Origin: the human T2T-CHM13v2.0 reference genome, Homo sapiens
Strand: one strand, 5' to 3'
Assembly (NCBI RefSeq): GCF_009914755.1
Contig: NC_060936.1
Length of the DNA: 64,000 bases
Under the pieces are notes generated by a model, which saw only the letters and a list, made by a program, of their open reading frames with translations, ran no database searches and had not been told where the DNA came from. Shown piece by piece: positions 31,752-48,089 of the stretch; the first letter of the stretch is position 1; each line of letters begins with the position of its first letter. A program made the translations under genes and the position numbers.

Positions 31752-32788
31752 GAGGGGAGGAGCAAAGATGGCCAAATAGGAACAGCTCTGGTCTACAGCT
31801 CCCAGTGTGAGCGACGCAGAAGACGGGTGATTTCTGCATTTCCATCTGAGGTACCAGGTTCATCTCACTAGGGAGTGCCAGACAGTGGGTGCAGGTCAGT
31901 GGGTGCAGCGCACCGTGCGCGAGCCAAAGCAGGGCGAGGCATTGCCTCACTCGGGAAGTGCAAGGGGTCAGGGAGTTCCCTTTCCTAGTCAAAGAAACGG
32001 GTGACAGAGGGCACCTGGAAAATCGGGTCACTCCCACCCGAATACTGCGCTTTTCCAAAGGGCTTAAAAAATGGTGCACCAGGAGATTATATCCCGCACC
32101 TGGCTCAGAGGGTCCTATGCCCACGGAGTCTCGCTGATTGCTAGCACAGCAGTCTGAGATCAAACTGCAAGGTGGCAGCGAGGCTGGGGGAGGGGCGCCC
32201 ACGATTGCCCAGGCTTGCTTAGGTAAACAAAGCAGCCGGGAAGCTCCAACGGGGTGGAGCCCACCACAGCTCAAGGAGGCCTGCCTGCCTCCGTAGGCTC
32301 CACCTCTCGGGGCAGGGCACAGACAAACAAAAAGACAGCAGTAACCTCTGCAGACTTAAATCTCCCTGTCTGACAGCTTTGAAGAGAGCAGTGGTTCTCC
32401 CAGCACGCAGCTGGAGATCTGAGAACGGGCAGACTGCCTCCTCAAGTGGGTCCCTGACCCCTGACCCCTGAGCAGCCTAACTGGGAGGCACCCCCCAGTA
32501 GGGGCAGACTGACACCTAACACAGCCGGGTACTCCTCTGAGACAAAACTTCCAGAGGAACGATCAGACAGCAGCATTCACGGTTCACGAAAAACCACTGT
32601 TCTGCAGACACCGCTGCTGATACCCAGGCAAACAGGGTCTGGAGTGGACCTCTAGCAAACTCCAACAGACCTGCAGCTGAGGGTCCTGTCTGTTAGAAGG
32701 AAAACTAACAAAGAGAAAGGACATCCACACCAAAAACCCATCTGTACATCACCATCATCAAAGACCAAAAGTAGATAAAACCACAAAG
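31752..32788 (+). promoter_or_regulatory. L1 5'UTR internal sense and antisense promoter
   Basis: YY1 core aagatggcc at the 5' end; locally CpG-rich; the promoter role is established L1 biology. Confidence 0.8.
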
Positions 32789-33802
32789 ATGGGGAAAAAA
32801 CAGAGCAGAAAAACTGGAAACTCTAAAAAGCAAAGCACCTCTCCTCCTCCAAAGGATCGCAGTTCCTCACCAGCAATGGAACAAAGCTGGACGGAGAATG
32901 ACTTTGACAAGTTGAGAGAAGAAGGCTTCAGACGATCAAACTACGAGCTACAGGAGGAAATTCAAACCAAAGGCAAAGAAGTTAAAAACTTTGAAAAAAA
33001 CTTAGATGAATGTATAACTAGAATAACCAATACAGAGAAGTGCTTAAAGGAGCTGATGAAGCTGAAAGCCAAGGCTCGAGAACTACGTAAAGAATGCAGA
33101 AGCCTCAGGAGCCGATGCGATCAACTGGAAGAAAGGGTATCAGCAATGGAAGATGAAACACGTGAAATGAAGCAAGAAGGGAAGTTTAGAGAAAAAAGAA
33201 TAAAAAGAAACAAACAAAGCCTCCAAGAAATATGGGACTATGTGAAAAGACCAAATCTACATCTGATTGGTGTCCCTGAAAGTGACGGGGAGAATGGAAC
33301 CAAGTTGGAAAACACTCTGCAGGATATTATCCAGGAGAACTTCCCCAATCTAGCAAGGCAGGCCAACATTCATATTCAGGAAATACAGAGAACACCACAA
33401 AGATACTCCTCGAGAAGAGCAACTCCAAGACACATAATTGTCAGATTCACCAAAGTTGAAATGAAGGAAAAAATGTTAAGGGCAGCCAGAGAGAAAGGTC
33501 GGGTTACCCACAAAGGGAAGCCCATCAGACTAACAGCGGATCTCTTGGCAGAAACTCTACAAGCCAGAAGACAGTGGGGGCCAATATTCAACATTCTTAA
33601 AGAAAAGAATTTTCAACCCAGAATTTCATATCCAGCCAAACTAAGCTTCATAAGTGAAGGAGAAATAAAATACTTTACAGACAAGCAAATGCTGAGAGAT
33701 TTTGTCACCACCAGGCCTGCCCTAAAAGAGCTCCTGAAGGAAGCACTAAACATGGAAAGGAACAACTGGTACCAGCTGCTGCAAAATCATGCCAAAATGT
33801 AA
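32789..33802 (+). CDS. L1 ORF1p RNA-binding/chaperone protein, open, 337 aa
   Basis: MGKKQSRKTGNSK...REKG...ARR...YPAKLS...NHAKM with no internal stops. Confidence 0.93.
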   Translation: MGKKQSRKTGNSKKQSTSPPPKDRSSSPAMEQSWTENDFDKLREEGFRRSNYELQEEIQTKGKEVKNFEKNLDECITRITNTEKCLKELMKLKAKARELRKECRSLRSRCDQLEERVSAMEDETREMKQEGKFREKRIKRNKQSLQEIWDYVKRPNLHLIGVPESDGENGTKLENTLQDIIQENFPNLARQANIHIQEIQRTPQRYSSRRATPRHIIVRFTKVEMKEKMLRAAREKGRVTHKGKPIRLTADLLAETLQARRQWGPIFNILKEKNFQPRISYPAKLSFISEGEIKYFTDKQMLRDFVTTRPALKELLKEALNMERNNWYQLLQNHAKM

Positions 33803-33865
33803 AGACCATCGAGACTAGGAAGAAACTGCATCAACTAATGAGCAAAATCACCAGCTAACATCATC

Positions 33866-37689
<3,824 letters not shown>

Positions 37690-37877
37690 ACAATGAGATC
37701 ACATGGACACAGGAAGGGGAACATCACACTCTGGGGACTGTTGTGGGGTGGGGGAGGTGGGAGGGATAGCATTGGGAGATATACCTAATGCTAGATGACG
37801 AGTTAGTGGGTGCAGCGCACCAGCATGGCACATGTATACATATGTAACTAACCTGCACATTGTGCACATGTACCCTA

Positions 37878-38228
<351 letters not shown>

Positions 38229-38269
38229 TTAGCGCTATACTGCACTGCAGGGTAATACTCTGACAGTGT

Positions 38270-41120
38270 CCTAGGTAATCCACTCTCCCAGTCTTTGAAA
38301 TGATACCTCCTCTCTCTCTGCGCCTTGAACATCTCCTTCCCCTCCATACTCTCTGTGGATGACCTCACCTCTTATTTCACTAAGGAAATAGAGCAATCAG
38401 AAGATGACTCACACATCTTCTCAGCAGGGACTGTAGCACCCTCCTGCCTCTATGCCCTTCCACACTGCCTTCCCTCCCGCTGACCCGTTGGTGCACACTG
38501 GATGCACCCCTGCCTCTTTTGTTTTTTTATATTTGATTATTTTATTATTTTATCAATTATGATATTCAGATATACTTCTTTTTTTTCCTTCTTTTTTTTT
38601 ATTATACTTTAAGTTTTAGGGTACATGTGCACATTGTGCAGGTTAGTTACATATGTATACATGTGCCATGCTGGTGTGCTGCACCCACTAACTCGTCATC
38701 TAGCATTAGGTATATCTCCCAATGCTATCCCTCCCCCCTCCCCCGACCCCACCACCGTCCCCAGAGTGTGATATTCCCCTTCCTGTGTCCATATGATCTC
38801 ATTGTTCAATTCCCACCTATGAGTGAGAATATGCGGTGTTTGGTTTTTTGTTCTTGCGATAGTTTACTGAGAATGATGATTTCCAGTTTCATCCATGTCC
38901 CTACAAAGGACATGAACTCATCATTTTTTATGGCTGCATAGTATTCCATGGTGTATATGTGCTACATTTTCTTAATCCAGTCTATCATTGTTGGACATTT
39001 GGGTTGGTTGCAAGTCTTTGCTATTGTGAATAATGCCGCAATAAAAATACGTGTGCATGTGTCTTTATAGCAGCATGATTTATAGTCCTTTGGGTATATA
39101 CCCAGTAATGGGATGGCTGGGTCAAATGGTATTTCTAGTTCTAGATCCCTGAGGAATCGCCACACTGACTTCCACAATGGTTGAACTAGTTTACAGTCCC
39201 ACCAACAGTGTAAAAGTGTTCCTATTTCTCCACATCCTCTCCAGCACCTGTTGTTTCCTGACTTTTTAATGATCGCCATTCTAACTGGTGTGAGATGGTA
39301 TCTCACTGTGGTTTTGATTTGCATTTCTCTGATGGCCAGTGATGATGAGCATTTTTTCATGTGTTTTTTGGCTGCATAAATGTCTTCTTTTGAGAAGTGT
39401 CTGACCCCTGCCTCTTCAAAGACTGCTTTTGCTTTTATCCCCTCTTCCTCCTGCACGATTTTCTCTCATTCCACTATATCATCCGCATCAGCACACGAAC
39501 ATGCTGCATCCTCTCTTATGTATATATTTTAAAGTTCTCCATAGACCACATGCTCCCTCTGGCCACTCTCCCATTTTTCTGCTCCCTTTGATAGAGAAAC
39601 TCTGTTTAGAGTTGTCCACATTCTCTGCCTGTTACTCAAGTCCTATTCTCACCTCCACCCATTCAAATGAGGCTTTTACTCCCACCTTTTCACCGAATCT
39701 ATTTTTGTCAGGGTCACCAAACCTCTCTTCTTATAGAATCTTATGGCCAATTCTCATTCATCTCATCATCAATATTTGACCTAGTTTTTCTCTCCCTCTT
39801 TAGTGACATGTGGCTCATAACTTGGATTCCAGGGTACTACATTCTCCTGATCCTCATAATCACTGCTTTTGTTTCTTCATATCTTTGGCTGAATCTTCCT
39901 TCACTGCCAACCTCTGAGGCTTAGTATGCCCCAGTTTCAAACCTTGGACCTCATCTCAATCTATCTGTGCCACCTAGAAGACCTGTCGCCCACCCTCAAG
40001 GGTGTAACTACCATTGACAAACTGAGAGCTTCAAAATTTCTATCTCCACCTAAGCTCTCCTCTGAGTTCCCCACTCCCCTGTTCCACTGATCCATTTCTT
40101 CCTGGGTTATTTTCTGTTTCAGTAAATGGCATCAGTATTTACCCAATTGTTAAGAGCAAAAACCCTGGAATTATCCCAGACTTCTCTTTTCCTCTCTCAG
40201 CCCACATCCAATTTGTCAGTAGGTTATTTAGGTTCTTTCTTCAAAATTTGACCATATTTTACTACTTCCACCTCTACCTCCTAGTCTAAGCCATCATCAT
40301 TTCTTGCCTCAAATACTGTGGCAGCCTGCTAACTGGTCTTCTTGTTTCCACTTTTGTCTCCTTAAAGTCTATTTTCCATATAGCAGTTAGAGAAATTAAA
40401 ATAAACAAAAAAGAAATTACATCAATACATTAACCCCTACAATGGCTTCCTATACTGCTCAGAATAATATCCAAACTCTTACCATGGCCTAAAAGCTCTA
40501 CAGGACACAGCCTTGTCTCTTCTCCAGACTCATCCCTTACACCCTCAGCCTTGCTTCCCAGTTTCTGGCCATGCTCAGCCATTCAATTTGGCATAATATT
40601 GTTCAACCTCCTCTCTCTTTTCTTGTTTCTTTTCACTTATTAGCAGAAGTTTCTTTCTCTGTTTATTTAAAAGCCAAGGTTTTTCTGCCTTCAGGGACTT
40701 TGCATTTGCTCTTCTTTTGGCCTAGAATCCTCTTCCTCCAGATCATTACGTGGTTCACCACTCTCACCACTCATTTCAGGCTTACTCCAAAGTCACCAGC
40801 TCATGGAGGCCAACCTTGGCCTTTGGAGGCCATGGAGGCCTCAGGTTTTCTATCTGAGCATGGACCCCATAACTTTCTGCTCCCACACTCTCTACTGTTT
40901 ACACTAGTTCATTTCCCTTTATTGTACATAGCATAGCCTGACCTTAGGCCAGGCATTCAATGTTTGCTGAATGCCTATTTCAACTGCTAGCCTGCCAGCT
41001 CCAGGAGGACAGAGGCTAATAGGCTGGATTCACATCTATATTCCTAGCACCAGGAACAGTACCTGGCACACAGTGACTGCTCAACGAGTAACTGTTGGAT
41101 AATTACATGTTGAATGAATG
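38270..41120 (+). mobile_element. L2 LINE remnant, interrupted by the L1PA2 at 38519-39403
   Basis: cacctcttatttcactaaggaaatagagcaatcaga..., ttctgtttcagtaaatggcatc, cagggactttgcatttgct, and the 3' end acctggcacacagtg...tgttgaatgaatg. Confidence 0.85.
38519..39403 (-). mobile_element. 5'-truncated (~0.8 kb) L1PA2-type element with a short 3' transduction
   Basis: L1 3' end at about 38600-39403; two T-tracts separated by ~50 bp of non-L1 sequence; TSD acccctgcctctt at 38506-38518 and 39404-39416. Confidence 0.93.
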
Positions 41121-42174
41121 TATGAGGGTCAGTTTAGAGGAACACTCAGAATCAAAAAGTGAGAGATCATTTTAGTTATAATGGATGTAGCGAGCAAGTA
41201 AAGGATGGGCCAGAGCAAAAAGGAGAATGCAGCGAGTGTGCACGGGTGAAGGGCAAGGGATCAATGTGTCAGTGGTTTACATTCCGTGCAGAAGGCAGAG
41301 GGGTTCCAGGGGTGCAATCAAACTGCTAAAGAGAGCAAAGAGCTTTGCCAGGTGCTGTAAAGTATTTCCACCCACATTTTGAAGGGGAAATCTTTATAAC
41401 ATCTGTTTAATGTGTAGCCCAGTAATAGGTTTTAGAAATGTATAAGAATATTTGATTTTAAAAGAATTTGTGTATCACTTATATATTTTATATATTTATA
41501 TATAGATATTATCAGAGTCAGTGAGTCAAGACTGACTATGATGCCACAGAACACAGTGACTCGTTTCATTTTCTCGGTGTTATTTTACAGCTTTGCATTA
41601 TTCTGTGGTTTTAAAGGGGAAACATAAAGCATAGTTATGGTGTTACCAGTTTCAGAATAAGTAGTTAAAAGCCTTCTTGGCCAATTTTAATTTTTTTCCT
41701 TGACTGGAAAGCTCTGAAAGGCATAAGTGTATGGAACGAACTGTAACACAACCCGAAGCCCTGGTAGTTCGCCTCCTCGGTTTCTCCTGGTACTCAGTTA
41801 CTTAGAGAGATAATGGCATGAGCCCTGTGACCCCAAGCCATTACTCATTAACCCCCCTCTAATTGAGGGCTCTAGTCAATGAGGACTGAGATGGATGGAG
41901 TCTGTGACTTGGATGGACAGAGATCACCCACATTCAGAGGCTTCTGCTCACCTCACACTTTCTTGATACTTCTGAGCAGAGGCTCAACTGGCCTTGAGAA
42001 GTCAGTCTTCACATTTCATTCTAAGTAAGGATTCTCTTCACCACCTTTTCCCTTCCCTCACTACTCAGGATTATGGTCAAAATTTATATTTAACTGGGGT
42101 TTATCCAAGGTCTACCGTTTTCTAGCCCTGTAATTTTAGACAAGCGACTTTAGCTCTCAGAACTTCAGTTTGCT

Positions 42175-42625
<451 letters not shown>

Positions 42626-42676
42626 TTAGCATGAAATACATGGTAACTAGTACTTGTATAATTATTCCCCTCCCCC

Positions 42677-42680
<4 letters not shown>

Positions 42681-42737
<57 letters not shown>

Positions 42738-42740
42738 CTT
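42681..42740. repeat. (CT)n/(CTGT)n microsatellite
   Basis: Seen directly in the sequence. Confidence 0.95.
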
Positions 42741-45110
42741 ACTCTCGCTCTAGGTTAGGTTACTCCTATGATCATTTCATTCTTGTTATTCCCTAAGCTT
42801 TGGCGTAATATTGTTCAACTTCCTCTTTCTCTTTTCTCGTTTCTTTTCATTTGTTAAAAGAAGCCCCCAAAGCCTTTCACTGTCATTCAAATGACATGTT
42901 TCTGCACTACAAATCAACAACTACTTACTGACTACTGACAAAGTGAAGTTTTGTGGTTGTCAAAGTCATGTCTTCTGAGAAGCATCTCATTCCAAGTCAG
43001 TGTTTCCCAAAGTAGGTGTGTATAAATATTGATGGATGCAAGATGATTTAAGGTGACATAGAAACCTTTGTTTTTAATTTTCAGAGTTAGAAAACATTTA
43101 TTTATATTAGAAAAATATGATTAGCATATAAAATTACAGAGAGTAAAGCCTACGATAAACCTAAGTAAAGAAGTATACCAATTTAAACTTACTTAAAATA
43201 ATATTAATTATAGTATAGGTGGAACACAAATATATAACAAAAATCATGAGGATGACATGTGAGTAACTGACATTTGGGAAGCTGTTCTGAGTCAATATAA
43301 GGTCAATAGATAAGAAAAGAGTATTAATAGGCCCAACTTCTCTATTCAACAGTAATCTATGTAAGATGCTTCTTCACTTTCCTCAGTGCCAATCAAGCCA
43401 TACATCTTTTACCCAATTTAATTTTCTGAAGTCACCTACAACCCTAGGTTGAAGGTCTAGCCAAACCCAGGAATGAGAGAATTAATTTTTTTTTCACTGC
43501 AAAAGTAATAGAGGGAAGAGACTTTTTCCTTATAGCTCTTATGGACATATCCTCAGTCGGCCTCTAAAATTTTTCTGACACTGGAGGCTGTTGCTAGCTG
43601 TCATCAGAGTCACTCCGATACCACATGTACCTGGAGCACAACATTGACCAAGTGCCACCTCTCCTGTGACAAAGGGGTTCCCAAACGGGGATTCGGGAAA
43701 TATCAAAGCACAGTCACCACAAAAAAATTTCCCCTAAATTGCATGCTGGAAGAATTATTGTTTAAAAATCACTTGCTGCATATGCACCACTTTATTGTAT
43801 TTCAGCCAATGTTTACTAAGGCATGAAAGAAGTTCAAACATAATAGACTGTCATTCCTCCAAATCACTAATGAAAGCTATGGCTCTGAACACACAAATCA
43901 AGGTGCTGGTTTTGCCTTGTGCTATTTGAGGAGCACTCAGTATGTACTCCCAGCCACATAGCAAACTGGATCAGTTCTCTGGAGGAGATAATTAATGCGT
44001 ACCTGCCATAATAAGTAATATGTTCGGCTCTGCATTGCTCTATTTATAGACTAGGGTTTTTCCTCATATTTTTTAGCACTTTTCTACAAGCAGAACATGT
44101 GAATGAATCACTCTTATCTTGTCAATTTTATTATTAAATGGTGCTCAACTTTTTCCTAGGGTGTTTTAGGACTGCACAGACATTTTCTGGGCAAACAGAA
44201 ACAAATGAGGCTGGGGGGAACCTCTGGCTTTTCAAAGTCTCTAGCTTCTGGCTGACCTATATTCCATTCATTAGTCTTGGGCAGCAGGCATTTTGTTGGA
44301 AATGTCATGTTGGGTGGAGCTTCAAGGCCAAATGTGAGAATCTGCTGCAGCATACAATGAGACAGAAAACATGTGGTCAACAGAGAACTTGTTGCACTTT
44401 TTTTTGTAGGAAAGTATGCCAGTCTTAGGGCCACAGATTCCTCACAGAGAAAATCTACCTGCTGACTTTTGCTTATTCATTCATTCCACAAGTATTGATC
44501 CAATACCTAACATTTACTAAGCACTGTTCTATGCACTGGAGATAACAGGTGAACAAGATATAGAGGACCTGCCCTCCTGTAGCTTACATTTTAGCTAGGG
44601 ACTGAGAAATAAAAAAATAATAAATTTATCAGTTAATTTCATATAGCGATAACTACTATGGAAAACAAAACAAGACATGGGAGAGGGACAGAATCTCAGG
44701 TATATTTGCAATGCTATCAGTCTTGACTTTATAATCATAGAAACTTATCTGTAAAGAAGCAATGTAATTTAGCTACTTTCTTAAATATTCAGTAATTTTA
44801 ACACTCGTAAACATAATTTTAGGTTCTTTCTTAAGGCTGACACTGAATGGCTTTGGCAGAGTACACCCGGCCCTTAGTTCTCATTGTCCTCACTTTGGCC
44901 CACTGGGAGCTTGTGAGGATACAGGGACAGCCCAACTGAGAAGCAAAGGTACTTATCCCTTGGTATTTTCCCCATGTTGATCATGTCCTCATTAATAGCA
45001 GATTTTGCCTTAGTTTCTTTGGGCAGCAACCGTGTACTTTGTATGACATTTCATACTTGCTTGATTCAACTGACTTTGGTTTCTCATCCCTGAGATGCAC
45101 TCATTTTTTT

Positions 45111-45412
45111 TGTTTATTTTTATTTTTTACTTTTTGAGAGGGGCTCTCACTCTGTCACCCAGGCTGGAGAACAGTGGTGCAATCAAGATTCACTGCAGCC
45201 TTGATTTCCTGGGCTCAGGCAATCCTCCTACCTCAATGTCCTGAGTAGCTGGGACCACACGTGCATGCCACCATCCCCAGCTGATTTTTGCATTTTTTGT
45301 AGAGACAGGGTTTCACCATGTTGCCCAGGCTGTAACTCCCAAGCTGAAGAGATCTGCCCGCCTTGGCCTCCCAAAGTTCTGGGATTATAGGTGTAAGCCA
45401 CTGTTTCTGGCG
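45111..45412 (-). mobile_element. AluJ-type SINE
   Basis: T-rich tail, ctcactctgtcacccaggctgg...gggattataggtgtaagccac; cactcattttttt flanks both ends. Confidence 0.93.
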
Positions 45413-47274
45413 TCACTCATTTTTTTGGAGAGTCTCAATAGTAGAACTAACCAGATGAAGCAGAACCAGGCATTTACACACCTGAACAGTGGTATAGCTG
45501 TAAAGTCCTAGTGTAAAAGTCACACTATATATCTTCTGTAATAATAAAAAATTACACAAATGAAGCATCTAATTATATGAATAAAAAAGACTGGAAACAT
45601 TTGGAACAGAGAGGGCAGAACCTTCAAATTCCTGTTGTAGCCTCTTAACTTAAGGTTACCAGCTCCTCCCTGGTGTCAAGGGTATGGTATTATGGGGATT
45701 ATTTTCCAGACTTTGATTGTTCAACAGATGTTGAATTTCCTGGATGCATTCTAATCAGCTTGACTGTATACATCTTGGGCTACTGGACATTTTAGATTCT
45801 CAGCTTCATATTTTTACTACCCACTTCCAAATACCTAAATGTGAGCAACAACAAAGACTGATGTAAACTGTACTCCCTTAAGACCAAATTGATAAGCATT
45901 TCTTACAGTCTAGGAGGGGAAAAGAAATCCCACACAAACATTCATGGCATTATTCTGGATACAGATTTAAGAAAATTTCCCTGGGTGCATCAAAGTTTAG
46001 AAATGTAATAGATATGAATATTTGACATCTTCCTGCATTTGTCAATTGTCCAGAATTCTTTGGGCAATTAATCAAGAGTGACATAAGCAAAAAAAGATGT
46101 CCTATATAGAAAGAGGAGGCAAGTCAAATAAGTAATATACTAACTCTAGGCTTTGAGGTCAAGTGTAGTATCCTGTCTTCCCTTCACAAATGAGACAGAC
46201 ATTATTAAATGCCTCATCTCTAAGTGGGCAAGACCACAAATTATTGCAAAATATGCCAAACTCAAAGTCTGTACAGATTTTCTCTAATGACTTGGACAAA
46301 CCCTTCAAGTGGTCAAACTTCATTTCACCAGTAATCTGTCAAATACAGGAGAATCAATAGATTCTTTTTAATAAACATTGATATATGGTAGAATCTGTTA
46401 GTTCTGAATACCTTTGTCCTTGGAATTTATCTTATTTTTGAAAACTAATGGGGAGAAATGAAATTGAAAATACATATCCCTAATATTTTTAATCAAATAT
46501 TAAGTCTCTAATACAAACTTAAACTTTGGTGTCATAGGGACACTCATGTCATTTTTTACTATCATCCATATTAAAATTTTCATTAAACCTTATGGAAAAC
46601 TAAAAAATCCTTTTATTCTTACATTTAATGCCATATGAGACATGATTAAAATGACAAGTTCCCAAATAACATGAATAATGTATTTCTCCTTTATCGAAAG
46701 CAAACGCATTTTGCTCCTAAGAGTGTTTAATCCATTTCCTTTTTCAGGAAGAGGAAAGGAGGGTGATAAAAGGATTTACGGTTAGAATTGGTATTTAATG
46801 AAAGACACATATTTGGCTTGTGATTATAAAATAACTGCTGTAGTTATTCTGAGTTTAGATAGGAGTCATATATTTTGACATGAATAAAAACAAATTATGA
46901 TTCTGTTAACATTCAGATTTACCTCTTTAGGACAGAAATGTTTAAAGTTACTCTGTATTAGTCATGGAAATAGTAGAGTCTATATTAAGAAGCCTTATTT
47001 CTGTGTATGTATATAAATGTTAACTTCAGGAAGCACCAGATCTACATTTATAGAATAAGTTTCAAAGAACAGCTTAAAATATCATAAAACTTAGATAGAG
47101 AAGCTTAAGGTGCCTTCTGCTACTTTACACTCTTTTTCCACTGCATTCCACCCCATTCATCAGAGAAAGTGCTAATATGAACGGTCAAATCCAGTCATCA
47201 ACTTTGGACCACTGGGAGTGGAGCTTTAGGGGAGATATAGGCAAAAGCCATAGCTCTGTTAAGATTTCAGCCTC

Positions 47275-47650
<376 letters not shown>

Positions 47651-47850
47651 TTACTTGGGAGGGGCCTCTGCATGGAGAAGGTCAGAAACTAGTACATTAG
47701 CCAAACTCTCCTTTAGGGCTTCTTTTCATTGGTGCACTTTTCTCTAGAGGCATCTTTCCATGCTACCGGGGTGTTAAAAATACCTTGAGGGAAGTAGGAT
47801 TGGGAGTGAGCACAGGAGAAGGAGACTAAGACTGTAAATGTCATCTAGAT

Positions 47851-48089
47851 TAAGCTTGTCCAATCCACAACCCATAGGCTGTAATACAGCCCAGGACGGC
47901 TTTGAATGTGCCCCAACACAAATTTGTAAATGTTTTAAAAACATTATGAGATTTTTTTGTGATTCTTTTTTATTTTTATTATTACTTTTTTTAGTTCATC
48001 AGCTATCATTAGTGTTAGTGTATTTTATGTGTGGCCCAAGACAATTCTTCCAATGTGGCCCAGGGAAGCTAAAAGATTGGACTCTCCTG
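47851..48089. mobile_element. MER30 hAT-Charlie DNA transposon
   Basis: gcttgtccaa...cccaggacggctttgaatg...tcagctatcattagtgttagtgtattttatgtgtggcccaagacaattcttc...aaagattggac. Confidence 0.88.

Noticed and set aside
31693-32274. 193-aa antisense ORF overlapping L1 ORF0
   Set aside because: It is the ORF0 frame (GAPPPASLPPCSLISDCC), but the ORF0 ATG is mutated (IVG instead of MAG). The called start is non-ATG and the poly-K end comes from the T tract.
38519-39403. Truncated L1 as a direct daughter of the adjacent full-length L1
   Set aside because: Its transduced tail does not match the full-length element's 3' flank (Alu right arm), and its 3'UTR differs at several sites.
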